Below are positions 27,932 through 35,393 of a DNA stretch of 35,393 nucleotides, piece by piece (positions within the stretch are counted from its first letter, which is position 1; each line of letters begins with the position of its first letter). The DNA lies in NCBI GenBank assembly GCA_964252355.1, contig CAXUNV010000001.1:1-35393 (forward strand), read 5' to 3'. The translations under genes were made by a program, and so were the position numbers. Source of the DNA: an uncultured Chthoniobacterales bacterium (lineage in GTDB: Bacteria; Verrucomicrobiota; Verrucomicrobiia; Chthoniobacterales; JAFAMB01). The notes beneath the pieces are model-generated. The model was not told where the DNA came from, ran no database searches, and worked only from the letters and a program-made list of their open reading frames with translations.

Positions 27932-28124
27932 GGGCTTTCTCGGGTCTTCGGGTCGGGTGAAACCCCGGGTTGCGGGAGGAGGTCCGATGCTTCTAACCAC
28001 TTTAGGCTGAATGGTTTGTCGAGCTGGGAACACCGGCGAGACCACCTGGTGGCAATCCACCGCCGGGCGTTGACCTCCCCCGCGGGGGCCCCCCGATCCG
28101 AACCGTGCGGGAGCGAGGAGGCCC
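27932..28124 (+). ncRNA. Structured ncRNA candidate (~193 nt), family unassigned (6S-like size)
   Basis: Nested helices 27932-42/28114-24, 27947-57/28092-102 and 27972-90/28067-83, plus apical hairpins. G-U pairs work only on the + strand. Confidence 0.65.
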
Positions 28125-28308
28125 CGTCCCACTGGGACGATCGCCCGGTGGGCACGGCGTGAACCGAAGCTCTGCCAAAACGATTTATAGAGAGGATTGA
28201 AGCCGTTTTTGATTTGACCTGCGTATCGGAAAGGCCACTCTTGTCGCCCTCAGCCACGATCCAGGCCGGTGTTGCTGTCGCGTCGCTCAATCTTCTACCC
28301 CTCTGACC

Positions 28309-30198
28309 ATGGCGGACCCGAATCCCTCTCTCGACCTGCGTTTAACGCCGGACTGGTTAAAAGAGCCGGAACCGACGCACCGCTTTTCGCACTACGAGGG
28401 CGAGGACGACCGGCGCAAAGGTCCACCTCGACGCGACGACGGTGCCGGCCGGCGGCGCGGACCGGACGACCGTTCCCGGGGCGGCGCACCGGACCGGCGG
28501 TCCCCCGGCGCCTTTCGACCGCCGTCGACGGACGCCCGACGCAGCCCCGGAGCGCCGTCGCGCGATGGCGGCCCGGGAGCACGCCGTGGCGACCGAGCCG
28601 ACCGATTCGAGCGCGGGCGTACCGGTATTCGCGACGACGCGGGCGCGGCCCTGGCCACCTCCACCGAACCTGCCCCGGTCTACATCGACTTTCTGCCCGA
28701 GGAGCGCGCTTTTGGCAAAATCATCCAGCAGATCAAAGGGGGCCACGTCGCTTACCCCCTGTTCGGATTGGCGCGGATGTTTTTGGAGCGTCCCGAACGT
28801 CACCGCGTGCGCATCCGCTCGCAAGACAACTCCAAGCACCTCTATCAATTAGGCGACCACGGCCCCGTCGCCACCGAGGCGGCGCTGCTCGAGCGACTCG
28901 CTTTTGCGGAGTATAAGGACGATTTCTACGTGACGGAGACGGTGGAGAAGGAGCCGCTGAAAGGCAATTTCACCTCCGTCGCGCGCTGCACGCTTTCGGG
29001 AAGGTTGCTCGGCCCGACCAGCTATCACACCTACCAAACCACCATGCGGTCCCTCTACGAGCAGCGCTTCAGCCGGCGCATGAGCTTCGAGGATTACCGG
29101 CGCACCATCGAAATCACCTCGTCACCGGATTTGGTCAACCAGTGGAAAGAGGAGGCGCGCAAAAGCACCATCTACAAAACCAAGGAGGAGGAAAATCCCA
29201 CCGTCTTTGAGAACGTGGCGGCGGTCGAGCAGCATTTCCGGTCGCACCACCTTGCCCGCTTGGTGCGGCCCTGTTTGGCTGGGGAGGTCTCCGGTGAAAC
29301 CGCGCGCGGGTTGGCGGACCGCGGCATCGTCGCGGCGGTCCGGGCGGCGCGCGATCGCGAGAATCGATTTCCGGCGCAAATGGCGGGCGCGCTGCGCCAT
29401 GGCCTTAACGGCGCGGGTCTTCACGTGTTTAAACACAAGAAGCGCATCCTCTACATCTCCACGGTACGCCCCCAGCCGTTTAACCCGAAGGAAACGTCCG
29501 TTTCGCCGGGTTTGGCGGCGGTTCTTTCCGCGTTGCGTTCCTACCCAAAGATCACCCGCAAACAGTTGGCGGAAAAGGTACTCGCGAAAACGTTAGGTGG
29601 GGCGGTCCCGGCGGAAGGATCGCCGGAGTATCAGCAAGCCAGAACGGCGCTGGCCGGCGATTTGATCTGGTTGGCAAAAGCCGGCCACGTGATCGAATTC
29701 GCCGACGGGACGCTCGATCTACCGCTACCCCCGAAGGCCTACGAAGAGAAGGCGCCTGACAAGGGCCCAACCGCGTTGGCGGCTTCGGCGGAGCACGACG
29801 TCCCAGAAACCGCGTCGGAGGAAGGAGAAATCGGTGCGGGGGATGACGAGGAGCTCGCCCATCACCCAGGACCGGCCGGCGATAGCGCCGCGCCAACCTT
29901 AGAGAGCGACGCTCCCCACGATGCGCTGCCCGCGGGCGAGTTGGCAGACGAAACGGGCGCCGGCGAGGAGGTCTCGGTCTCTCCGTCGGTTACGGAGACT
30001 CGGTCAGGCACCGTCACCACCGGGGCGGTTTCGGCGGGCGAACCCGCGGCTGCCGACGCGGATCTGGACGTCAGAACGGGCGACCCAGAAGTGACCGTGG
30101 CAACATCTGGAGTGGCACCGATCTCGTCCGAGGACGAATCGGGTGAGGGTCGTGCCGAGCATCCCGCCGAACGGTTGTGGGTCACGGCTCATTCTTAG
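28309..30198 (+). CDS. Large hypothetical protein: Arg/Asp/Gly-rich N-terminus, globular core, possible wHTH, acidic tail
   Basis: 629-aa ORF with typical codon usage. Core includes KGNFTSVARC..SG.LLGP..YH.YQ and DL.WL...GHVIEF.DG.L. Confidence 0.85.
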   Translation: MADPNPSLDLRLTPDWLKEPEPTHRFSHYEGEDDRRKGPPRRDDGAGRRRGPDDRSRGGAPDRRSPGAFRPPSTDARRSPGAPSRDGGPGARRGDRADRFERGRTGIRDDAGAALATSTEPAPVYIDFLPEERAFGKIIQQIKGGHVAYPLFGLARMFLERPERHRVRIRSQDNSKHLYQLGDHGPVATEAALLERLAFAEYKDDFYVTETVEKEPLKGNFTSVARCTLSGRLLGPTSYHTYQTTMRSLYEQRFSRRMSFEDYRRTIEITSSPDLVNQWKEEARKSTIYKTKEEENPTVFENVAAVEQHFRSHHLARLVRPCLAGEVSGETARGLADRGIVAAVRAARDRENRFPAQMAGALRHGLNGAGLHVFKHKKRILYISTVRPQPFNPKETSVSPGLAAVLSALRSYPKITRKQLAEKVLAKTLGGAVPAEGSPEYQQARTALAGDLIWLAKAGHVIEFADGTLDLPLPPKAYEEKAPDKGPTALAASAEHDVPETASEEGEIGAGDDEELAHHPGPAGDSAAPTLESDAPHDALPAGELADETGAGEEVSVSPSVTETRSGTVTTGAVSAGEPAAADADLDVRTGDPEVTVATSGVAPISSEDESGEGRAEHPAERLWVTAHS

Positions 30199-30199
30199 G

Positions 30200-30652
30200 A
30201 TGCGTTTTCGACGGTCGGTGTTTCTGCCCGCGCCGTCCGCCGCGGTCTACGCGTTTCACGAGGATCTGCGGAACATCACCGCGGTGATGCCTGCCGGCAC
30301 CCGGGTCAAAACGATCAGAGGCAAGCGCCGTGCGAAAGCCGGGGATCGCTTCTTTTTGGAGGTATCTCAATTCCTGTTGCCGTTGCGGTGGCATGGTCAG
30401 TGGGAGGTCGCCGAACGCCCACACCGGTTGGTCGACGTCAGTGCCACCTTTCCCTTCACCCGGTGGCGGCATGAACACCGGTTCGACCCAAGGCCGGGGG
30501 GGACGTGCATGACTGACCAGGTCGAATACCAAGTGCCGTGGTATTTGGGAGGTGCGTTAACCGCTGGCACGTTCTTTCGCGTGCTCTTTCACGCCATGTT
30601 CAACGTCCGCCACCGCCGGACGCGCGAGTATTTCGCCAAAAGTGGCAAGTAG
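30200..30652 (+). CDS. SRPBCC/cyclase-fold protein
   Basis: VYAFHEDLRNI...P, LVD....PF..WRHEHRF...GGT.MTDQVEY. ATG 30200 lies 1 nt after the upstream stop. Confidence 0.85.
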   Translation: MRFRRSVFLPAPSAAVYAFHEDLRNITAVMPAGTRVKTIRGKRRAKAGDRFFLEVSQFLLPLRWHGQWEVAERPHRLVDVSATFPFTRWRHEHRFDPRPGGTCMTDQVEYQVPWYLGGALTAGTFFRVLFHAMFNVRHRRTREYFAKSGK

Positions 30653-30775
30653 CGCGGGGAGGAGACGCGTTCCGGGTGCCGCGTTCCGAGGGGTAGGGCA
30701 AGAGGTGTCTTGCTTTCCCCGCCGCCAAGCGCGAACACCGGTGGCGGCACGCTGCACGAACGGCTTGCGCCCTCG

Positions 30776-31771
30776 TCATCGCCCGCTTGCGCCCCACCAA
30801 AGCCGCTGGTCCGAGACGGCCGCACCCACATCGATTTGCCGGGGCAACTCGCCGATCTCGGTAAATTCGTCGGCCAGCCGCTGCTGGTCGCGCACGACCT
30901 TCTGGTCCACCGCTTGCACGCCGTAATGACGTCGGCGCGTGGCCACGGCAAGCGCAGCTTCCGAGATGCCAAGGTCTTTGGCCAGCGCAGCGGCAACCTC
31001 GTCCGGGTGCGCGTTGGCCCAGTCGTCCACCTTGCCCAGTTCTTCCAGCAACGCTCGCACCAACTCCGGGTGATCGTGGGCAAACTCCGGGCTAGCCACC
31101 AGAAATGTGTAGTTGGGCGTGAGACCGTCGCCATCCCGCAGCACCTGCGGATGGTCTTCCATTTCCACCAGGGCGTAAAAGGGGTCCCACAAACCCACGG
31201 CGTCCGCGCCTTTGGCTTGGAGGATAGCCCGGGCGTCTGCCGCGGTCTTCACGTAAACCGGTTTGATCGCCGCGTAGCTTAGCCCGGCTTCCTCCAGGGC
31301 GCGCACGAGTTGGTACTCACAATTCCAGCCGTGGCCGATGGCGACGCGCTTGCCTTTCAGGTCAGCGACCGAGCGCAACGGCGTGTCGGCCGGGGCAAGC
31401 ACGGCCAAGCCGTGGGGATAAGGTGGCTCCGCGGCGATGTACACAAAGGGAACGCCGGCCGCTTGAGCGAAGGCGGTTGGGGCGTCGGCGGCATGTCCGA
31501 AATCGAGGCTGCGAGCGTTGAGCGCCTCGAACAGCAGCGGTCCGGTGCCAAATTGCAACCATTGGACGCGCACCGCCTGCCCGCGCAGGCGTGCTTCCAG
31601 GGTGCCCCGGGCTTTCAACAAATTCAACGTGTTGAACTTCTGGTAGCCGATCCGGAACGGCACGGCGTCTGCCGCCACGCCCGAGCCAGGCGCCGCGAGC
31701 AGAAACGCCGCGATGAGGAGGGCAACGCGGGCGTGGCAACGTGCCGACGGGCGGGCGAGATGATTGACCAT
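30776..31771 (-). CDS. ssuA: Aliphatic sulfonate ABC substrate-binding protein
   Basis: Signal peptide, RIGYQK, W.QF..GP.L.EAL....LDFG, SVADLKGKRVA, WDPF. Confidence 0.88.
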   Translation of the reverse strand: MVNHLARPSARCHARVALLIAAFLLAAPGSGVAADAVPFRIGYQKFNTLNLLKARGTLEARLRGQAVRVQWLQFGTGPLLFEALNARSLDFGHAADAPTAFAQAAGVPFVYIAAEPPYPHGLAVLAPADTPLRSVADLKGKRVAIGHGWNCEYQLVRALEEAGLSYAAIKPVYVKTAADARAILQAKGADAVGLWDPFYALVEMEDHPQVLRDGDGLTPNYTFLVASPEFAHDHPELVRALLEELGKVDDWANAHPDEVAAALAKDLGISEAALAVATRRRHYGVQAVDQKVVRDQQRLADEFTEIGELPRQIDVGAAVSDQRLWWGASGR

Positions 31772-31800
31772 GGCAACGGGCTTTCCGACTTACCTATGCC

Positions 31801-31830
31801 TTTAAAGTACTAATTGTCTATCGGGATTAT
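31801..31830 (-). promoter_or_regulatory. Candidate sulfur-regulon site upstream of ssuA
   Basis: On the + strand TTTAAA-N11-CTATCGG in an AT-rich island. Confidence 0.4.
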
Positions 31831-31988
31831 TAGGAAGGATGGCGGGTTCTGGCGCTGAACTCGGGCGACCCGCACCCTGCAGGGTTTCCGCAATGGCGCT
31901 GGGCGCGCGTCCGGCCGCCAAACTTTGCCCTGCGGCGGGTGGTCATTGGCCGTTGAACATCATCCCTACCGCCACTAAGCATGGGACG

Positions 31989-32801
31989 ATGCGGATCTTG
32001 CGCTACCTTTCGCAACAGGGCGACGTTCGTTACGCCGCTGAACAGCCAGACGGTCGGGCTTTGGAACTCGACGGCGACCTTTTTGGGCGCCACCAAGTGT
32101 CCGATCGGGAGGCGCACATGGTGAAACTGCTTGCCCCGGTGGCGCCGAAAACGATCTTGGCCATCGGCTTGAACTATCGGAAGCACGCGGCGGAGTCGGG
32201 CGCCAAGGTGCCCGAGCACCCGGTGCTGTTCATGAAATCGCAGAATGCGCTGCAGAACCCAGGAGACGCCATTGAGATCCCCCGTCACCTGGCGAGTTCT
32301 CAGGTGGATTACGAAGCGGAGCTCGCCGTGGTCATCGGGCGGGATTGCAAGAACGTCACCAAGGCGGCTGCGCTTGAGTACGTGTTGGGGTACACGGCGG
32401 CTAACGACGTCAGCGCCCGTGACTGGCAGAGGGACTGGGGTGGAGGTCAGTTCTGCCGCGGCAAAAGCTTTGACACGTTCGCGCCGCTTGGTCCCGCGTT
32501 GGTGACGCGCGGGGAGATCCCGGATCCGCAAGCTTTGCGGCTGGTTAGCCGGGTCAATGGGGAGGAGCGCCAAAACGCCTCCACGGCTGACATGATCTTC
32601 GACGTGGCCACGTTGGTAACGTTTCTGAGCGGTAGTACGACGCTTTACGCAGGCACGGTGATCCTGACGGGCACCCCGGAAGGCGTCGGCATGGGAAGAA
32701 AACCGCCGACCTACCTGCGAGCCGGCGACATCGTGGAAGTAGAGATCGACGGCATCGGCATCCTAAGTAACCCAGTGGTCGACGAACCGACCGCCCCTTA
32801 G
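31989..32801 (+). CDS. Fumarylacetoacetate hydrolase family protein
   Basis: IGLNYRKH, DYEAEL, NDVSARDWQ, GKSFDTF, LTGTPEGVG. Start ATG 31989. Confidence 0.94.
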   Translation: MRILRYLSQQGDVRYAAEQPDGRALELDGDLFGRHQVSDREAHMVKLLAPVAPKTILAIGLNYRKHAAESGAKVPEHPVLFMKSQNALQNPGDAIEIPRHLASSQVDYEAELAVVIGRDCKNVTKAAALEYVLGYTAANDVSARDWQRDWGGGQFCRGKSFDTFAPLGPALVTRGEIPDPQALRLVSRVNGEERQNASTADMIFDVATLVTFLSGSTTLYAGTVILTGTPEGVGMGRKPPTYLRAGDIVEVEIDGIGILSNPVVDEPTAP

Positions 32802-32804
32802 AGG

Positions 32805-32984
32805 TTGAACAAAAGGTGACGAAGGAAACGAAGGGACTGGAACAGAAGGCCGCGCAGAGCACAAAGGCTGCCTAAGCCGACCCGTTTCCACGGGCTGGCC
32901 GTGAGCCATAGGTGATGCCGCCGTCGGCTATCGCCCTGCTCATTTCCGGTCTTTCTCCGTGTCCTTCTGGTCCTTCTGCTCCAA
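32805..32984. repeat. Inverted-repeat element of GAAGG 9-bp units
   Basis: Left arm TTGAACAAAAGGTGACGAAGGAAACGAAGG..GAACAGAAGG (32805-32867). Right arm reverse complement TTGGAGCAGAAGGACCAGAAGGACACGGAG (32951-32984). Confidence 0.75.
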
Positions 32985-33049
32985 TCCCTTTCCCCGTTCG
33001 TGACGCGATGGCGCGATGCCCCCTCCCGGGCTATCGTCGCCACCGCACT

Positions 33050-35242
33050 ATGGAGAGGTTCCAGCTTTCTTCCGAGTACCAGCCCAGGGGTGACCAAGCG
33101 CAGGCGATCGAACAGCTTGTCCGGTCGCTGCGCGCCGGCAACCGCCACCAGACGCTGCTCGGGGTGACGGGTTCGGGCAAGACGTTCACGGCGGCCAACG
33201 TCATCGCGCAGATCGAAAAGCCGGCGCTGGTCATCTCGCACAACAAAACCCTCGCCGCCCAACTCTACAGCGAGTTCAAGCAGTTTTTCCCCAACAACGC
33301 CGTCGAGTACTTCGTTTCGTACTTCGATTACTACCAGCCGGAGGCCTACATCCCCCGGACGGACACCTACATCGAGAAGGATTCGTCCATCAACGAGGAG
33401 ATCGAGCGGTTGCGCCTCTCGGCAACGAGTTCTCTCCTGACCCGCAAGGATGTGATCGTGGTGGCCAGCGTTTCCTGCATCTACGGCCTCGGCTCGCCCG
33501 AGGATTACGCCAACATGGTCTGCGGCGTGAGCCGCGGTCAGCAGATGTCGCGGGAGACCTTCCTGGCCAAGCTGGTCGACATGCTGTACGAGCGCAATGA
33601 CGTTGCGCTTACCCGCGGCCGGTTCCGGGTGCGGGGCGACGTGGTCGAGGTCTACCCCGCCACCGCCGACGAAGAGGCGATCCGCGTGGAGTTTTTCGGG
33701 GACGAGATCGACGCCATCTGCCGGTTTGACCCGTTGACGGGCACGGTCAGCGAAGGGTTGCCGCGGTTCCTTTTCTTTCCGGCCAAACAGTTCGTCACCC
33801 CCCACGAAAAGATGCAGCGCGCCATGCGGGCCATCCGGGAGGAACTGGAGGTGCGCATCCGCGAATTCGAAGGCCAAGCCAAGTTCCTTGAGGCGCAACG
33901 GATCAAGATGCGCACGGAATTCGACCTCGAGATGATGCAGGAGATGGGCTTCTGCAACGGGATCGAAAACTATTCGCGCCACCTGAGCGGACGTGCCCCG
34001 GGTTCCCGGCCCTACACCCTACTCGACTTTTTTCCGCGCGACTTCCTGCTGGTGGTGGACGAGTCGCACGCCACGGTTCCGCAGATCGGCGGCATGTACG
34101 AAGGGGACCGCTCCCGCAAGACCACCCTGGTGGAGTACGGGTTCCGGCTGCCGAGCGCCTTGGACAACCGGCCACTGAATTTCCCAGAGTTCATGGAGAT
34201 GACGGGCCAAGCGCTCTACATCAGCGCGACACCCGCAGACTTTGAAATCGCCAACTCGGTCGTCGGCAACACGGCCTACGTGCCGCACGCGCGGGATCGG
34301 ATCGGACAGGAGGAGACGGAACCGGCGCTGCTGCCCGTGCTGACCGGCCGAGCGCGCCCCGACCTGCAGGTGACGACTCCCGGCGCCCAGCTCGTGGTCC
34401 AGCAGATCATCCGGCCCACCGGCCTCTTGGATCCGCAGATCACCCTGCGCCCTTTAGAAGCCCAGATCGACGAAACCATCGAGCTCTGCCGGAAACGCGT
34501 GGAGATGGGGCACCGGGTGCTGATCACGACGCTGACCAAGCGTACGGCGGAAGATCTGACGGATTACCTGCGCGACGTCGGGCTGAGGGTACGCTACCTG
34601 CACAGCGAAATCGACGCGGTGGAGCGGGTCGAAATCCTGCGGGCGTTGCGCGCGGGCGAGTTCGACGTGCTGGTGGGCATCAACCTACTGCGGGAGGGCC
34701 TCGACCTGCCCGAGGTGAGCCTGGTCTGCATCTTGGATGCGGACAAGGAGGGGTTTCTACGCAGCCAGACCTCCCTCATCCAAACGGCGGGGCGGGCTGC
34801 CCGCCACGTGAACGGCGAGGTGGTGCTCTTCGCCGACATCGTCACCGACAGCATCCAGAAGTTACTTGCCATCACCGAGTACCGACGCGAACGCCAGATG
34901 CGGTACAACGAGGAACACGGCATCACCCCGACGAGTGTGAAGCGGGCGGTCCAGGAAAGCCTGCACACGCTCCTGAAAGGCCGCGCCACCGAAGAAGCGA
35001 TGGTGCGCGAGTCGGATGCCGACCTGAGCGTCACGGACGTGTTGCGGGAGTTGGAAGAGGAGATGGGCATCGCCGCGGCCAACCTCGAGTACGAACGGGC
35101 GGCCCTGTTGCGCGACCAGATCATGGAGCTAAAAAACGGCACGGGGATCAGCAAGCTGGAGCCGAAGCGCAAACCGGTGAAGTACGGTGGGAACGGAAAC
35201 GGGGCGAAGAAGGGCCGCCGGCCGGTGAAGGGGAAGGGCTGA
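33050..35242 (+). CDS. uvrB: Excinuclease ABC subunit B
   Basis: [35 protein letters not shown]-terminal UVR motif. Start ATG 33050. Confidence 0.98.
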   Translation: MERFQLSSEYQPRGDQAQAIEQLVRSLRAGNRHQTLLGVTGSGKTFTAANVIAQIEKPALVISHNKTLAAQLYSEFKQFFPNNAVEYFVSYFDYYQPEAYIPRTDTYIEKDSSINEEIERLRLSATSSLLTRKDVIVVASVSCIYGLGSPEDYANMVCGVSRGQQMSRETFLAKLVDMLYERNDVALTRGRFRVRGDVVEVYPATADEEAIRVEFFGDEIDAICRFDPLTGTVSEGLPRFLFFPAKQFVTPHEKMQRAMRAIREELEVRIREFEGQAKFLEAQRIKMRTEFDLEMMQEMGFCNGIENYSRHLSGRAPGSRPYTLLDFFPRDFLLVVDESHATVPQIGGMYEGDRSRKTTLVEYGFRLPSALDNRPLNFPEFMEMTGQALYISATPADFEIANSVVGNTAYVPHARDRIGQEETEPALLPVLTGRARPDLQVTTPGAQLVVQQIIRPTGLLDPQITLRPLEAQIDETIELCRKRVEMGHRVLITTLTKRTAEDLTDYLRDVGLRVRYLHSEIDAVERVEILRALRAGEFDVLVGINLLREGLDLPEVSLVCILDADKEGFLRSQTSLIQTAGRAARHVNGEVVLFADIVTDSIQKLLAITEYRRERQMRYNEEHGITPTSVKRAVQESLHTLLKGRATEEAMVRESDADLSVTDVLRELEEEMGIAAANLEYERAALLRDQIMELKNGTGISKLEPKRKPVKYGGNGNGAKKGRRPVKGKG

Positions 35243-35250
35243 GGGATAGG

Positions 35251-35289
35251 GAAGTTCGAAGGCGGAAGGCAGAAGCCGGGAACCGGAAG
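35251..35289. repeat. Degenerate 7-bp periodic tract after uvrB
   Basis: GAAGTTC/GAAGGCG/GAAGGCA/GAAGCCG/GGAACCG/GAAG. Confidence 0.6.
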
Positions 35290-35393
35290 AGGCGATCCGA
35301 CGGTGCAACGAAAAACCCGCTATCGCCGAGGCCTGGGATGACGTGGCACGGTGATGGGTGCCGTGCGCGTCGGCGTTGCCTCCCGTCGGCATC

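Noticed and set aside
28085-28112. Minus-strand GCACGGTTCGGA..GGGGG resembling group II intron domain V
   Set aside because: No 5' GAGCCG half and no RT gene; the bases are explained by the + strand stem.
28024-28175. Cobalamin riboswitch-like words (GGGAA, CCCCCGC, CCACTG)
   Set aside because: Spacing is wrong, and the ACTGT and AGYCAGRAGACC elements are absent.
35129-35392. 87-aa minus-strand ORF at the window end
   Set aside because: It overlaps uvrB and the 7-bp tract and has no recognisable motif; it cannot be judged at the edge.

Overview
GC-rich bacterial chromosomal window of mostly housekeeping genes. Gene content and several lineage-typical hypothetical proteins suggest Verrucomicrobiota (inference). 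In order: a SWIM-finger SNF2 helicase cut off by the window edge (missed by the ORF track), orphan parA, a degenerate molybdopterin-fold ORF, a VOC gene relic, a GHL10 hydrolase, an aldo/keto reductase, an exported M3 peptidase followed by oppABCDF, a sulfite-oxidase-like gene, a UVR-motif gene, tRNA-Gln(TTG), gpmI, a 34-aa basic ORF, cysI, dapA-dapB-folK-panB, accA with a LysM gene, acpP, a large unknown protein, an SRPBCC gene, orphan ssuA, an FAA hydrolase and uvrB. I found no integrase, transposase, CRISPR array or phage genes. The unusual signal is intergenic. (1) A ~193-nt rod-shaped, G-U-rich candidate ncRNA at 27932-28124 has a -10 box just upstream and lies in front of a 629-aa unknown protein. 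(2) A family of inverted-repeat elements is built from 9-bp periodic units, and one copy contains the stop codons of both panB and accA. (3) Two REPIN-like elements show a compensatory base change. (4) A motif is shared upstream of the sulfur genes cysI and ssuA. All alignments and foldings were done by eye.
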